From the NCBI RefSeq assembly GCF_028693505.1, contig NZ_JAQUVF010000011.1:832-64831 (forward strand): a stretch of 64,000 nt of DNA, read 5' to 3'. Below are positions 47,610-56,903 of the stretch, piece by piece. The first letter of the stretch is position 1, and every line of letters starts with the position of its first letter. The stretch comes from Oscillibacter sp. Lineage in GTDB: Bacteria; Bacillota; Clostridia; Oscillospirales; Oscillospiraceae. The notes beneath the pieces were generated by a model, which saw only the letters and a list, made by a program, of their open reading frames with translations, ran no database searches and was not told where the DNA came from. The translations under genes and the position numbers were made by a program.

Positions 47610-49028
47610 TCAGGTGTTGTCCCGGCTAATGGGTTCGCGGATGAGAAGGCGGCGAAGCGCCTTGCCGTCAAAGGGAATCAGCGGATAGAGGTATCCCCTT
47701 CCCACCAGCGGCTTGGTGGTGGCCAGCAACAGCAAAATGCCAAGCAGCCCCAGCACAAACCCCACCACGTCCAGCGCGGCGGTGAGCAGCAGCAGCGCCA
47801 CCCGTAAAAGCTTAAAGGCATAGCCCATCTCGTAGCTGGGCTGGGCAAATCCGGCCACGGATACAAACGCCATATACACCAGAACCTCCGGCCCCAGCCA
47901 GCCCGCCTGCACGGCAAAATCGCCCAGAATCAACGCGCCCAGCATGGAAAAGGAGTTGGAGAGGGCGTCCGGCGTGTTCAGCGACGCCAGCTTCAAAACA
48001 TCCACCATAAACTCCACCGCCAGCAGCTGCCACAAAAGATCCAGCGCCGCAGGCTCCGGCGAGGAGAGAAACAGCAGCCACTCCGGCAGCCGCCCCGGCG
48101 CGCGGACCATCAGATACCAAACCGGCGTAATGAGCAGTGAGATTAAAAACACGGCAATGCGCAGCAAGCGCAGATACGTCCCAACCAGAGGCGGAAAGTA
48201 AAACTCGTTGGCCTCCTGCGTAAAGTCGAAAAAGCCGGTGGGCAGAATCATCACTGACGGGGAGTTGTCCACCATCAGCACAATATTTCCCTCCATGACG
48301 CTGGCGGCGGCGCTGTCGGGCCGTTCCGTGTAGCGAACCTTTGGAAACGGGTTATACCACTGCTTGGGCCGGATCGCCTCCGCCACGCTCTCCTGCCCCA
48401 TGGAAAGGGACTTGACGGCGATGGCGCTTAGCTTTGCCCGCACCTCCTCCAAAAGCGCGGCGTCCACCTTGTCATCCAGATAGCACAGCACCGCGTCGGT
48501 GTGGGAGCGGGTCCCCACCTTGCAGCCCTCCATGGTGAGGTGTGGGTCCCGGATGCGGCGGCGCAGCAGCGCCATATTGGGTACCACCGCCTCCACAAAT
48601 CCGTCGTGGGAGCCGCGCAGCACCTTGCCGTCCGGCGGCTCCGATACGCCCCGGGAGGGATAGTCCTTGGCGTCCATCAGCGCCGCGCCGTAGATCCCCT
48701 CGATCAGCAGCAATGTCTTTCCCAGCAGGACGGAGGTCACAATATCCGTCCCGTCAAAGCTGACGTTGGTTTCGGAAAATGTAATGAATCGGTCCGCAAA
48801 GCGCTGCATTTCCGTTAAGTCCATCAGCTCCGCCGCCGAAAGCGACAGCCAGAAGGCCCCCATCCGTTCGAGCGTTCCGTCCTTACCATAGCCGTCGATG
48901 ACCCAAAGGCGGGCGCGCCTGCCGCCGATCACATAGTCCCGGCTGACCAGATCGCAGCTGCGCCCCACGCCCAGCGCGGCGTCGAACCGCCGCACATTTT
49001 CCGCGTAATCGTTTGATAATTTCTCCAT
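47610..49028 (-). CDS. GerA/SpoVAF family spore germination membrane protein
   Basis: RGSHDGFVE..NMALLRRRIRDP, NPFPKVRYTERPD and VDNSP motifs. Confidence 0.92.
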   Translation of the reverse strand: MEKLSNDYAENVRRFDAALGVGRSCDLVSRDYVIGGRRARLWVIDGYGKDGTLERMGAFWLSLSAAELMDLTEMQRFADRFITFSETNVSFDGTDIVTSVLLGKTLLLIEGIYGAALMDAKDYPSRGVSEPPDGKVLRGSHDGFVEAVVPNMALLRRRIRDPHLTMEGCKVGTRSHTDAVLCYLDDKVDAALLEEVRAKLSAIAVKSLSMGQESVAEAIRPKQWYNPFPKVRYTERPDSAAASVMEGNIVLMVDNSPSVMILPTGFFDFTQEANEFYFPPLVGTYLRLLRIAVFLISLLITPVWYLMVRAPGRLPEWLLFLSSPEPAALDLLWQLLAVEFMVDVLKLASLNTPDALSNSFSMLGALILGDFAVQAGWLGPEVLVYMAFVSVAGFAQPSYEMGYAFKLLRVALLLLTAALDVVGFVLGLLGILLLLATTKPLVGRGYLYPLIPFDGKALRRLLIREPISRDNT

Positions 49029-49050
49029 GCTCCACCTCCGTGAATAAAGG

Positions 49051-49079
49051 TAGTATGTGCGGCAGAAGGTGGATTATTC
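49051..49079 (-). promoter_or_regulatory. Putative SigG promoter
   Basis: GAATA-17 bp-CATACTA on the minus strand, upstream of the GerA/SpoVAF-like gene. Confidence 0.6.
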
Positions 49080-49142
49080 CAATACGATCTGTCATATTTT
49101 TGCAAAATATAACATTTTTTATCATTTTTGCACAATGAGACA

Positions 49143-49175
49143 AGGGACAGGCACGGCTGCGCCGTGCCTGTCCCT
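49143..49175. terminator. Terminator-like perfect hairpin after phoR
   Basis: AGGGACAGGCACGGC-tgc-GCCGTGCCTGTCCCT. Confidence 0.7.
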
Positions 49176-49213
49176 CTGTTAAGAAAGTCTTTTCGATACC
49201 CCGGGCAAGCTTT

Positions 49214-50875
49214 TTATTCGCTCACCTTTGGAAATTGCAGGGTGAAGGTACTTCCCTTTCCCATCTCGCTCTCCAGCGTCACGCCGACGCCAAGATACGC
49301 CGCGCCGTGCTTCACGATGGAAAGTCCCAGACCTGTCCCCCCGCTGGAATGGCTTTTATCCACCCGGTAGAAGCGCTCGAACACCCGCTCTCTTGCTTCC
49401 CGCGGGATGCCGATGCCCGTATCCCTGACAGTGACCCGGGCGCCCGCCGGCGTATCCGCCACGGTCATGGCAACGCTGCCGCCGGGATGATTGTACGCCA
49501 CGGCGTTATCGCAGAGATTATACAAAATCTCCTCCACGATCTGCGGCACGCCCCGCGCCGGTACGCTCTCGCCGGTAAGGCGCATGTCCACCTGCTTTTT
49601 TTCCGCCGCGGCGGCAAGCTGGCGAAAAACCGCCTGCGCCTGGGCGTAAAGGTCCACAGTTTCCCACTGGGCCGTGGGGCCGCCCTCATCGAGACGGGAG
49701 AGCTTGATGATGTCGTTGACAAGCCCGATCAGGCGCTGGGCCTCCCGGTGGATGTTCCCGGCAAAATGGGGGATGTCGGCGGGCTTCACCATGCCGTTTT
49801 CCAGAATCTCCGCCGTGCCGAGGATGGAGGTCAGGGGCGTTTTCAACTCGTGGGAGACGTTTGCGGTAAATTCCCGGCGCAGCCGGTCCCGCTGCTCCTT
49901 CTCCGTCACATCCAGCACGATGAGCACCGCGCCCGCCACGGCGCCCTCCTCCATCACGGGACTTGCCAATACCCTGCGGCAGTCGTCGGAGCGCTCCAGC
50001 AGCTCCTCGCAGCGGCGACCGGCGAGGGATTCCTCCACGCAGCGGCGGAAACCGGCCTCCCGGTCCAGCGCCAGGACGCTCTGCCCCTCCTCCACCGGGC
50101 CTCTCGCCCCCAAAAGGTGCAAGGCCGCCGAGTTATAGGACAGCACCCGGGTCTCCTGATCCACCACCAGCAGTCCCTCGCTCATGTTTTCCGTGATGGC
50201 GGCAAATTCCTCCCGCCGCTGCTTGAGGTCCAGCACTTGGCGCTGGATCTGCCGGTTCTGGCTGCGGATTTTTCCCACCAGAGGAGAAAGCTCCTCATAG
50301 ACCGCCTCCTCGCCGGGGTTTCCGAGATCGATGGCGTTGATGGGCTCCACCAGCTGCTGGGCCACCCGACCCGCCAGCCACAAAGCCATGCAAAACGCCG
50401 CCAGCATCATAAAGGCCACCGGCTGGATCGCTTGCAGCACCAATATCCAGACGGAGTATTGGGCGCTGGCCGTGCGCAATACGGAGCCGTCGGTCAGCCG
50501 CAGCGCGTAATAGAGCGTCCTTTGAGAGAGCGTGCTGGAATAGCGGGCGGCACTGCCCTTGCCCAGCGCCAGCGCCTCGCGGAATTCCTCCCGGTCGGCG
50601 TGGTTGCCCATATCCGCCGGTTCCTCCCGGTTATCAAAGAGGACCGTGCCGTCGGCCGCGATCCACGTGACGCGGCTCTCGTCGGGAAATTCGCTTTGAA
50701 GGTAGGCGATGCCCTCGTGCTCCACGCCCCGGGCTATGTAGGCGGTGCTCCGGGCCAGTTCTGCGGCCACCCGGTCCTGAAAATAGCCGTGCAGCACCCC
50801 GACGATCAAAACGAAACTGGAAACCAGCACCGCCAGCGTCACGGTCAGGATGGAGCGGAAAATCCGTTTTGTCAT
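49214..50875 (-). CDS. phoR: Phosphate regulon sensor histidine kinase
   Basis: Two TM helices, PAS region, FTANVSHELKTPL, NLCDNA, FERFYRVDKS and GTGLGLSI motifs. Confidence 0.9.
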   Translation of the reverse strand: MTKRIFRSILTVTLAVLVSSFVLIVGVLHGYFQDRVAAELARSTAYIARGVEHEGIAYLQSEFPDESRVTWIAADGTVLFDNREEPADMGNHADREEFREALALGKGSAARYSSTLSQRTLYYALRLTDGSVLRTASAQYSVWILVLQAIQPVAFMMLAAFCMALWLAGRVAQQLVEPINAIDLGNPGEEAVYEELSPLVGKIRSQNRQIQRQVLDLKQRREEFAAITENMSEGLLVVDQETRVLSYNSAALHLLGARGPVEEGQSVLALDREAGFRRCVEESLAGRRCEELLERSDDCRRVLASPVMEEGAVAGAVLIVLDVTEKEQRDRLRREFTANVSHELKTPLTSILGTAEILENGMVKPADIPHFAGNIHREAQRLIGLVNDIIKLSRLDEGGPTAQWETVDLYAQAQAVFRQLAAAAEKKQVDMRLTGESVPARGVPQIVEEILYNLCDNAVAYNHPGGSVAMTVADTPAGARVTVRDTGIGIPREARERVFERFYRVDKSHSSGGTGLGLSIVKHGAAYLGVGVTLESEMGKGSTFTLQFPKVSE

Positions 50876-51555
50876 CAGACCCCGCCGCCTTCCTGCGTGA
50901 TCTTATAGCCGTAGCCCCGAATGGTCTCAATGTAGGCCCCCGCGTCCCCCAGCTTTTGTCGGAGCGTGCGCACATGCACGTCCACGGTGCGGCTTTCGCC
51001 TGTAAAGGTATAGCCCCACACCTCCTCGATCAGCCGTTCCCGGGAGAGCACCTGTCCCCGGTTTTTCAAAAGCAGGCACAGTACCTCGAATTCCTTCTGG
51101 GTAAGGACCACCTCCTGATCGTTTACCGTCACCGTGTGGCTGCCCGGGTCCACCGTCAGCGCGCCGCAGCGGTACGCCCCGCCGTCCTCCCGCTCCACCC
51201 TGCGCAGCAGCGCCCGAATGCGGGAGAGCAGCTCCATCATGCCGAAGGGCTTTGCCACATAGTCGTCCGCCCCGGCGTCCAGCCCCAGCACCTTGTCGTA
51301 TTCGGTGCTCTTGGCGGTGAGCATAATGACCGGCGCCTTCGCCGTGCGGGCGGAGGCGCGGAGCTTTTTCAAAACGCTCACGCCGTCCTCCTCCGGCAGC
51401 ATGATATCCAGCAGCACCAGCGTGGGCGCCTCCTCCGCCACAGCCGCCCAGAAGGCGGAGGGCAGGGCAAAGCCCCGCGTCTCCATGCCCTGATGGCTCA
51501 GCGTATAGATTACAAAATCCCGGATGCTGTCGTCGTCTTCCAGCAAATAGATCAT
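50875..51555 (-). CDS. phoB: OmpR/PhoB family response regulator
   Basis: EDD, LLDIMLP, LTAK, ADDYVAKPF and RTVDVHVRTLRQKL motifs; located in the pst operon. Confidence 0.9.
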   Translation of the reverse strand: MIYLLEDDDSIRDFVIYTLSHQGMETRGFALPSAFWAAVAEEAPTLVLLDIMLPEEDGVSVLKKLRASARTAKAPVIMLTAKSTEYDKVLGLDAGADDYVAKPFGMMELLSRIRALLRRVEREDGGAYRCGALTVDPGSHTVTVNDQEVVLTQKEFEVLCLLLKNRGQVLSRERLIEEVWGYTFTGESRTVDVHVRTLRQKLGDAGAYIETIRGYGYKITQEGGGV

Positions 51556-51651
51556 AAGGGCCTCCTGTATGTGAAAACATGCGGCCTCAAAGGGACTGCG
51601 GACGCTTCCGCAGTTCTTTTGAAGCCGGGGGGAGCGGGTTTGCCGCCCCCG

Positions 51652-52311
51652 TTAAATCAATTGCTGTTCGTTAATCATCAGCTTGAACTGCAAGCCCAGC
51701 TTCTCCGCCGCCTTGCGGCAGAGGATCATGCGCTGCATGAAAATCTCAAAGTAGTCCATCACGGAGCCGTACTTCGTATCCACGGAGAGCTTGAGCTTGA
51801 TGAGGGTGTGCTCCTCATTGATCTTCAGCTGCGCTTTTTTCACAGAGTAGTTCACTCGGTCGTGGATGTCGAAATTGGCCAGCTCCTGATTGCGGACCCG
51901 GCTGCGGCGCACGTCGGACTTATCCGCCAGAATCAGCGCCGCCGCCACGGCGTTCACCGGCTGACCGGTCCCCTCGTCGTGGTTGCCGATGGCGGTGACG
52001 ATGGTGGCGATCTCCTCCGGGTCGCAGCTGAGATTGTCCAGAATCCGAAAGGCCATCACAGCGCCGGACTGGGAGTGGTCGATGCGGTTGACGAGATTGC
52101 CGATATCGTGGAGGAAGCCTGCAATTTTTGCCACCTCCACCGTCCGGGCGGGATAGTCCAGCGTTTCGAGAATATACCCCGCCGTCTCCGCCACCAGCGT
52201 CACGTGGGCGAAGCTGTGCTCCGTAAAGCCTGCGGAAACCAGCGACTCGTCGGCCCGCTGGATATAGGTGCGGATGGCGGGGTTGTTTTTCACGTCCTCA
52301 AAGGTCAGCAT
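51652..52311 (-). CDS. HD-domain phosphohydrolase of unknown substrate
   Basis: TEHSFAHV, FLHDIGN, DHSQSG, GNHDE and ADKSD metal-binding motifs. Confidence 0.88.
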   Translation of the reverse strand: MLTFEDVKNNPAIRTYIQRADESLVSAGFTEHSFAHVTLVAETAGYILETLDYPARTVEVAKIAGFLHDIGNLVNRIDHSQSGAVMAFRILDNLSCDPEEIATIVTAIGNHDEGTGQPVNAVAAALILADKSDVRRSRVRNQELANFDIHDRVNYSVKKAQLKINEEHTLIKLKLSVDTKYGSVMDYFEIFMQRMILCRKAAEKLGLQFKLMINEQQLI

Positions 52312-52361
52312 CCTCGTTTCCTCCTCTTGTGCGGGAAAACAGCTCTGCCGCCCCCGCCTGT

Positions 52362-53009
52362 TTAGTTGTTGGACGGATGGATTCCGGTGATGGAGTATTC
52401 CACCCATTCCGCCACGTTGGTGGCATGGTCGCCGATGCGCTCGAGGTACTTTGCCACCATCATCAGCTCCAGCCCCTGCTCCCCGCTGGCAGCGTCCGCC
52501 GCGATGAGGGCCACAAGCTCCCGTTTCACCTTGTCGAACAATTCGTCCACCCGGTCGTCCGCGGCGCACACCGCCCGGGCAAGCTCCAGATCATGCCGCA
52601 CGAAGGAGTCCACGCTGTCCGTCACCATGCCGATGACGGCCCGGGCCATGTCGGCGATGTGCAGCGCGCCCTGCCCGTCCGGCAGGCGCACGAACCGGGT
52701 AAGCTCCGCAATGTCCGCCGCCTGATCGCCGATGCGCTCCAGATCGGAGATCATCTTCAGCGCCGCGGAGATTTCCCGCAGGTCCCGGGCCACGGGCTGC
52801 TGCTGCAAAAGGAGCTTCAAGCAGAGGTTTTCCACCTCCCGCTCCTGCCGGTCCAGTTCCCGCTCCGCCTCCTCGGCGGCACGGGAGAGCGCCTCGTCGT
52901 TTTTTAAAAGAGCCTCTGCCGCCGCAGAAATCGCGTCCTCACAGGTCGCGCCCATCTGGATCAGCTCCACATGCAGCCGCTCCAGCTGCTCATTAAACGT
53001 ATTTCTCAT
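52362..53009 (-). CDS. phoU: Phosphate signalling protein PhoU
   Basis: QQPVARDLR..KMISDLERIGD, DDRVD and YLERIGDHATNVAE motifs. Confidence 0.96.
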   Translation of the reverse strand: MRNTFNEQLERLHVELIQMGATCEDAISAAAEALLKNDEALSRAAEEAERELDRQEREVENLCLKLLLQQQPVARDLREISAALKMISDLERIGDQAADIAELTRFVRLPDGQGALHIADMARAVIGMVTDSVDSFVRHDLELARAVCAADDRVDELFDKVKRELVALIAADAASGEQGLELMMVAKYLERIGDHATNVAEWVEYSITGIHPSNN

Positions 53010-53020
53010 GGTTCCCCTCC

Positions 53021-53776
53021 TTAACCAAACCGTCCGGTAATGTAGTCCTCGGTGCGCTGATCCTTCGGCGTGGAGAAAAGCTCCTCCGTCCGGCTGAACT
53101 CCACCAGATCGCCCAGCAGAAAGAACGCCGTATTGTCGGAAACGCGGGCGGCCTGCTGCATGTTGTGGGTTACCATGATGACAGTATACTTGTTTTTCAA
53201 TTCCACTGCAAGGTCCTCGATCTTGGAGGTGGAAATCGGGTCGAGCGCACTGGTGGATTCGTCCATCAGCAGCACCTCCGGCTCCACCGCCAGCGCCCGG
53301 GCGATGCAAAGCCGCTGCTGCTGTCCGCCGGAGAGGCTCAGCGCGCTTTTTTTCAGCCGGTCCTTCACCTCATCCCAGATGGCGGCGGAGCGCAGGGATG
53401 CTTCCACGATCTCGTCTAGCTGCACCTTGGAGCGGGTGCCATGGGTCCGGGGACCGTAGGCCACGTTGTCGTAAATGCTCATGGGAAAGGGGTTGGCTTT
53501 TTGAAACACCATTCCCACCTGTCGGCGCAGCCACGTGGGGTCCACCCCGTCGTCGTAGATGTTTTCGCCCCGATAAGAAACCTCCCCGGTGATGCGGACG
53601 GAGGGGATCAGGTCGTTCATGCGGTTGAGCGTGCGCAAAAAGGTGGACTTGCCACAGCCCGACGGCCCGATAAACGCCGTGATCTCATGGGCTGGAATGT
53701 CCACGTTGATGCCGTGGAGGGCATGGTTGGTCCCATACCAGAGGTTCAGGTCTTTTGCCTGTATCATCGTACCCAT
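53021..53776 (-). CDS. pstB: Phosphate ABC transporter ATPase
   Basis: [32 protein letters not shown] and VTHNMQQA motifs. Confidence 0.97.
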   Translation of the reverse strand: MGTMIQAKDLNLWYGTNHALHGINVDIPAHEITAFIGPSGCGKSTFLRTLNRMNDLIPSVRITGEVSYRGENIYDDGVDPTWLRRQVGMVFQKANPFPMSIYDNVAYGPRTHGTRSKVQLDEIVEASLRSAAIWDEVKDRLKKSALSLSGGQQQRLCIARALAVEPEVLLMDESTSALDPISTSKIEDLAVELKNKYTVIMVTHNMQQAARVSDNTAFFLLGDLVEFSRTEELFSTPKDQRTEDYITGRFG

Positions 53777-53850
53777 CGTATTCTCCCGTTACTTTTTTAG
53801 GAATCTCTGATGAAATCAACGCGTTCGGATTGGTGAGCGCGGGGATTTCA

Positions 53851-54702
53851 TCAGATGTTCCTTAGTTTCCTGCCCGCAAAATTGGCGGCCAGATTGATGA
53901 GGAATGTCAGCACCATCAAGATGGCGGCAATGGCGAAGGCCACGCCGGTCTCGCCCCGTTCGTTGGCGTAGACGTACAGCGCCACCGTGAGCGTTGCGGA
54001 GGAGGATTGCAGCGCGGTGAAAAAGTCGTTCAGCACGAGACCGAAGCCCGCCGTGAACAGCAGTGCCGCGCTCTCGCCCACGATTCGTCCCACCGCCAGA
54101 ATACAGCCGGTGACGATGCCGTCCACGGCGTTGGGCAGCACCACGGTGCGCACCATGTGCCACTTTCCCGCTCCAAGACCCAGCGCGCCCTCCCGATAGG
54201 ACTGGGGCACCGTTTTAAGGCTTTCCTGCGTCGTGCGGATGATGGTGGGCAGAATCATGATGACCAGCGTCAGTCCGCCGGCCAGAATGCCCGGCGCCAG
54301 CCCCAGCTTCTGGACAAAAAACAGCATGCCCACAAGGCCGAAGATGATGGAAGGGATGCCCGTGAGGGTCTCGGCGGCAAATTCAATGGCGGCCACCACC
54401 TTGGCCTTGGTGGCGTACTCCGTGAGATAGATGGCGGCCCCCACGCCCAGCGGCAGCACAAGGAGCATCGCCACCAGAATGATATAGAGCGTATTGAGGA
54501 GGTTTGGCAGGATGCCGATGGTATCCTTGATATAGCTGGTCTGAGACGAGAGCAGCTGCCAGGAGAGATTGCCAAGGCCCCGGTAGAAGATATACCCGAT
54601 GAGGAAGATCAGCAGCGCGCAGGTGATCCCACTGCACAGCCACAACAGCGCCCGCAGTCCCGTGTCATAGACCCGGCGGCGGGGAGAGAGCTTTCGGTCC
54701 AT
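53851..54702 (-). CDS. pstA: Phosphate ABC transporter permease
   Basis: AAIYLTEY, IPSIIFGLVG and GRIVGESAAL motifs. Confidence 0.95.
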   Translation of the reverse strand: MDRKLSPRRRVYDTGLRALLWLCSGITCALLIFLIGYIFYRGLGNLSWQLLSSQTSYIKDTIGILPNLLNTLYIILVAMLLVLPLGVGAAIYLTEYATKAKVVAAIEFAAETLTGIPSIIFGLVGMLFFVQKLGLAPGILAGGLTLVIMILPTIIRTTQESLKTVPQSYREGALGLGAGKWHMVRTVVLPNAVDGIVTGCILAVGRIVGESAALLFTAGFGLVLNDFFTALQSSSATLTVALYVYANERGETGVAFAIAAILMVLTFLINLAANFAGRKLRNI

Positions 54703-54703
54703 G

Positions 54704-55657
54704 TCAATCCTCCTTCTTGTTTTTGATGAACACGTTCAAAAGCACATTGATGAGCATGATGAACAAAAACAGCACCAGTCCGATGGAGTAGAGCGCGTTG
54801 CGCTGGAGACTGCCGTAGGCGGCGTAGGACATCTCCGAGGCGATGGCGGTGGTGAGAAAGCGCACGGAGGTGAAAATCCCCGGCATATTGGCAACGTTGC
54901 CCGCCACCATGATGATGGCCATGGCCTCGCCGATGGCGCGGCCCACGCCCAGTACCACCGCCGTTGCAACGCCGCTGCCCGCGGCGGGCAGGGACACCCG
55001 GAAATAGGTCTCGATCTCCGTGGCCCCCAGCGCCAGCGACGCTTCCTCATACTCCTTGGGCACTGCCCGCAGCGCCGTTTCGGAAACGCTGATGATGGAG
55101 GGCAGAATCATGATGGAGAGCACCACGATGGCCGCCAGCAGGCACGCGCCGGAGCCAAGGCCAAACACATTCTGGATGGCGGGCACCAGCACGATCATGC
55201 CCACAAGGCCGTATACCACGGACGGGATGCCCGCCAGCAGCTCCACTGCGGTCCGGATGACCTTGGCGGCCTTTGGCGGGGCCACCTTTGCAAGAAACAT
55301 GGCGGTCATCAGTCCCACAGGCACCCCCACCGCCACCGCCCCGGCGGTTCCGTAGACGGAGGTCAGGATGAAGGGCAGGATGCCAAAGGACGGGGCCACC
55401 GTGGTGGCGGTGGGCGCCCAGACCCTTCCAAAGAGAAAGTCCGCAAGTCCGATTTCCCGGATGGCGGGCAGGCCGGAAACGATCAGATATAAACTGATAA
55501 ACAGCACAAACGCCACCGCTACAATGCCGCACAGCAAAAACAGCAGGTGGAAGGTCAGCTCCATCCTCTCCCGGCGGTTTTTCCGCCCTGCGGGGATCGG
55601 TATTTTTCCGGCGGCGTGCTTCGCGGCAACGTGGGGCAGCGCATTTCCCATTTCCAT
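54704..55657 (-). CDS. pstC: Phosphate ABC transporter permease
   Basis: ELLAGIPSVVYG, EASLALGAT and RAIGEAMA motifs. Exact start uncertain. Confidence 0.95.
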   Translation of the reverse strand: MEMGNALPHVAAKHAAGKIPIPAGRKNRRERMELTFHLLFLLCGIVAVAFVLFISLYLIVSGLPAIREIGLADFLFGRVWAPTATTVAPSFGILPFILTSVYGTAGAVAVGVPVGLMTAMFLAKVAPPKAAKVIRTAVELLAGIPSVVYGLVGMIVLVPAIQNVFGLGSGACLLAAIVVLSIMILPSIISVSETALRAVPKEYEEASLALGATEIETYFRVSLPAAGSGVATAVVLGVGRAIGEAMAIIMVAGNVANMPGIFTSVRFLTTAIASEMSYAAYGSLQRNALYSIGLVLFLFIMLINVLLNVFIKNKKED

Positions 55658-55743
55658 CGTCTTATGACTCCTTCCATCGGTGGGAACAGCCCCCGCCCAA
55701 TTTTTGAAGCGGGCGGAGGCGTTCCAAAGAGAGGGCTGTTCCT

Positions 55744-56610
55744 TTATTTCGCCACGGGCACCGCACCGGCGGTGCGGATCAAATCGTTGGCGGAGGCGGA
55801 GGTTGCAAAGTCAAAGAAGGCCTGTGCCTGCTCGCTCAGCGCCGTGCCGTCCTTGGTGACCAAGACGAAGGGGCGCTGGATGGCGTAGCTGCCGTCCAGC
55901 ACGGTTTCCTCCGTGCAGGCGACGCCGCCCACCGTGACAGCCTTGATGCCCTCTTTACCCTCGACTGCGGAGAGGGAGGCGTAGCCGATGGCGTTGGGGT
56001 TGCCCTTCACCGCCTCAATGACAGCACCCGTGGAGGTCAGCTCCTGACTGAGCAGGCAGGTATCCTTGGTGCCGGTGATCGTCTCAAAGCCGTCCCGGGT
56101 GCCGGAACCGGCCTCCCGGCCGATGCAGGAGATGGCGCTGGCCGCGCCGCCCACAGCGCTCCAGTCGGCGCTCTCGCCGGTGAAGATCTGGGCGATCTGC
56201 TCCACGGTCAAATCGGACACCGTGCTCTGGGCGTTCACGATGACGGCAATGCCGTCCAGCGCGACGGTGGTCCCCACCAGCCCATTGGCAGTCTCTTCCT
56301 CCTTCAGTCCACGGGAGGAAAGGCCGATGTCGGTGGACCCATTGGAGACCGCCTCGATCCCCGCGCCGGAGCCGGTGGCGTCGTAGGTGACGGTGACGCT
56401 GCCGTTATCCGCCATAAACTGCTCGCTCAAAACGCCGATCACTTTTTCCATGGAGGTGGAGCCGTTGGTTGCCACTGAGCCGCTGAGCTTGACCTGCTCG
56501 GGAGCGGGCGTGCCGTTTCCTTGGGCAGGAGCTTCCTCCTTGCTGGCGCAGCCCGCCAGCAGAGACAGGGCCATCGTCAGCGTCAGCAGACGTACAAAAC
56601 CTTTTTTCAT
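55744..56610 (-). CDS. pstS: Phosphate-binding lipoprotein
   Basis: Lipobox LAGC, GSTSM, TGSGAG, ALDGIAV, REAGSGTR and QRPF motifs. Confidence 0.95.
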   Translation of the reverse strand: MKKGFVRLLTLTMALSLLAGCASKEEAPAQGNGTPAPEQVKLSGSVATNGSTSMEKVIGVLSEQFMADNGSVTVTYDATGSGAGIEAVSNGSTDIGLSSRGLKEEETANGLVGTTVALDGIAVIVNAQSTVSDLTVEQIAQIFTGESADWSAVGGAASAISCIGREAGSGTRDGFETITGTKDTCLLSQELTSTGAVIEAVKGNPNAIGYASLSAVEGKEGIKAVTVGGVACTEETVLDGSYAIQRPFVLVTKDGTALSEQAQAFFDFATSASANDLIRTAGAVPVAK

Positions 56611-56656
56611 CAAAATGAACTCCTTTTTTATGTCGTTTTCCGTTTGGTACAGCCTT

Positions 56657-56712
56657 AGTATAGACAACTCCACGTAAAATCCGTCACCAGGGCTTTGTAA
56701 AGTCTGTGTAAA
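56657..56712 (-). promoter_or_regulatory. Pho box and -10 element of the pst operon
   Basis: TTTACA-cagac-TTTACA (11-bp period, 56696-56712) upstream of TATACT (56657-56662). Confidence 0.65.
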
Positions 56713-56775
56713 ACCGCGTTTTTTCATAAAATTTTTAACGGCGGCAGCGTATAAAAATTCCCTGCACAGTCGCTG

Positions 56776-56804
56776 TTGAAACGTTTGCGCAAATGTGCTA
56801 TTCT
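56776..56804 (+). promoter_or_regulatory. SigA promoter of the dehydratase-eda-kdgK operon
   Basis: TTGAAA-17 bp-TATTCT; palindrome GGAAGCGTTCC downstream at 56844-56854. Confidence 0.5.
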
Positions 56805-56903
56805 GGAAACAAGCAATGGGCAGACGGCGCCGCTCCCCAGTTTGGAAGCGTTCCGCCGCCACGCAGCCGTAATCCCGCAACTTGACGAAAAGGAGTATAT
56901 GGT

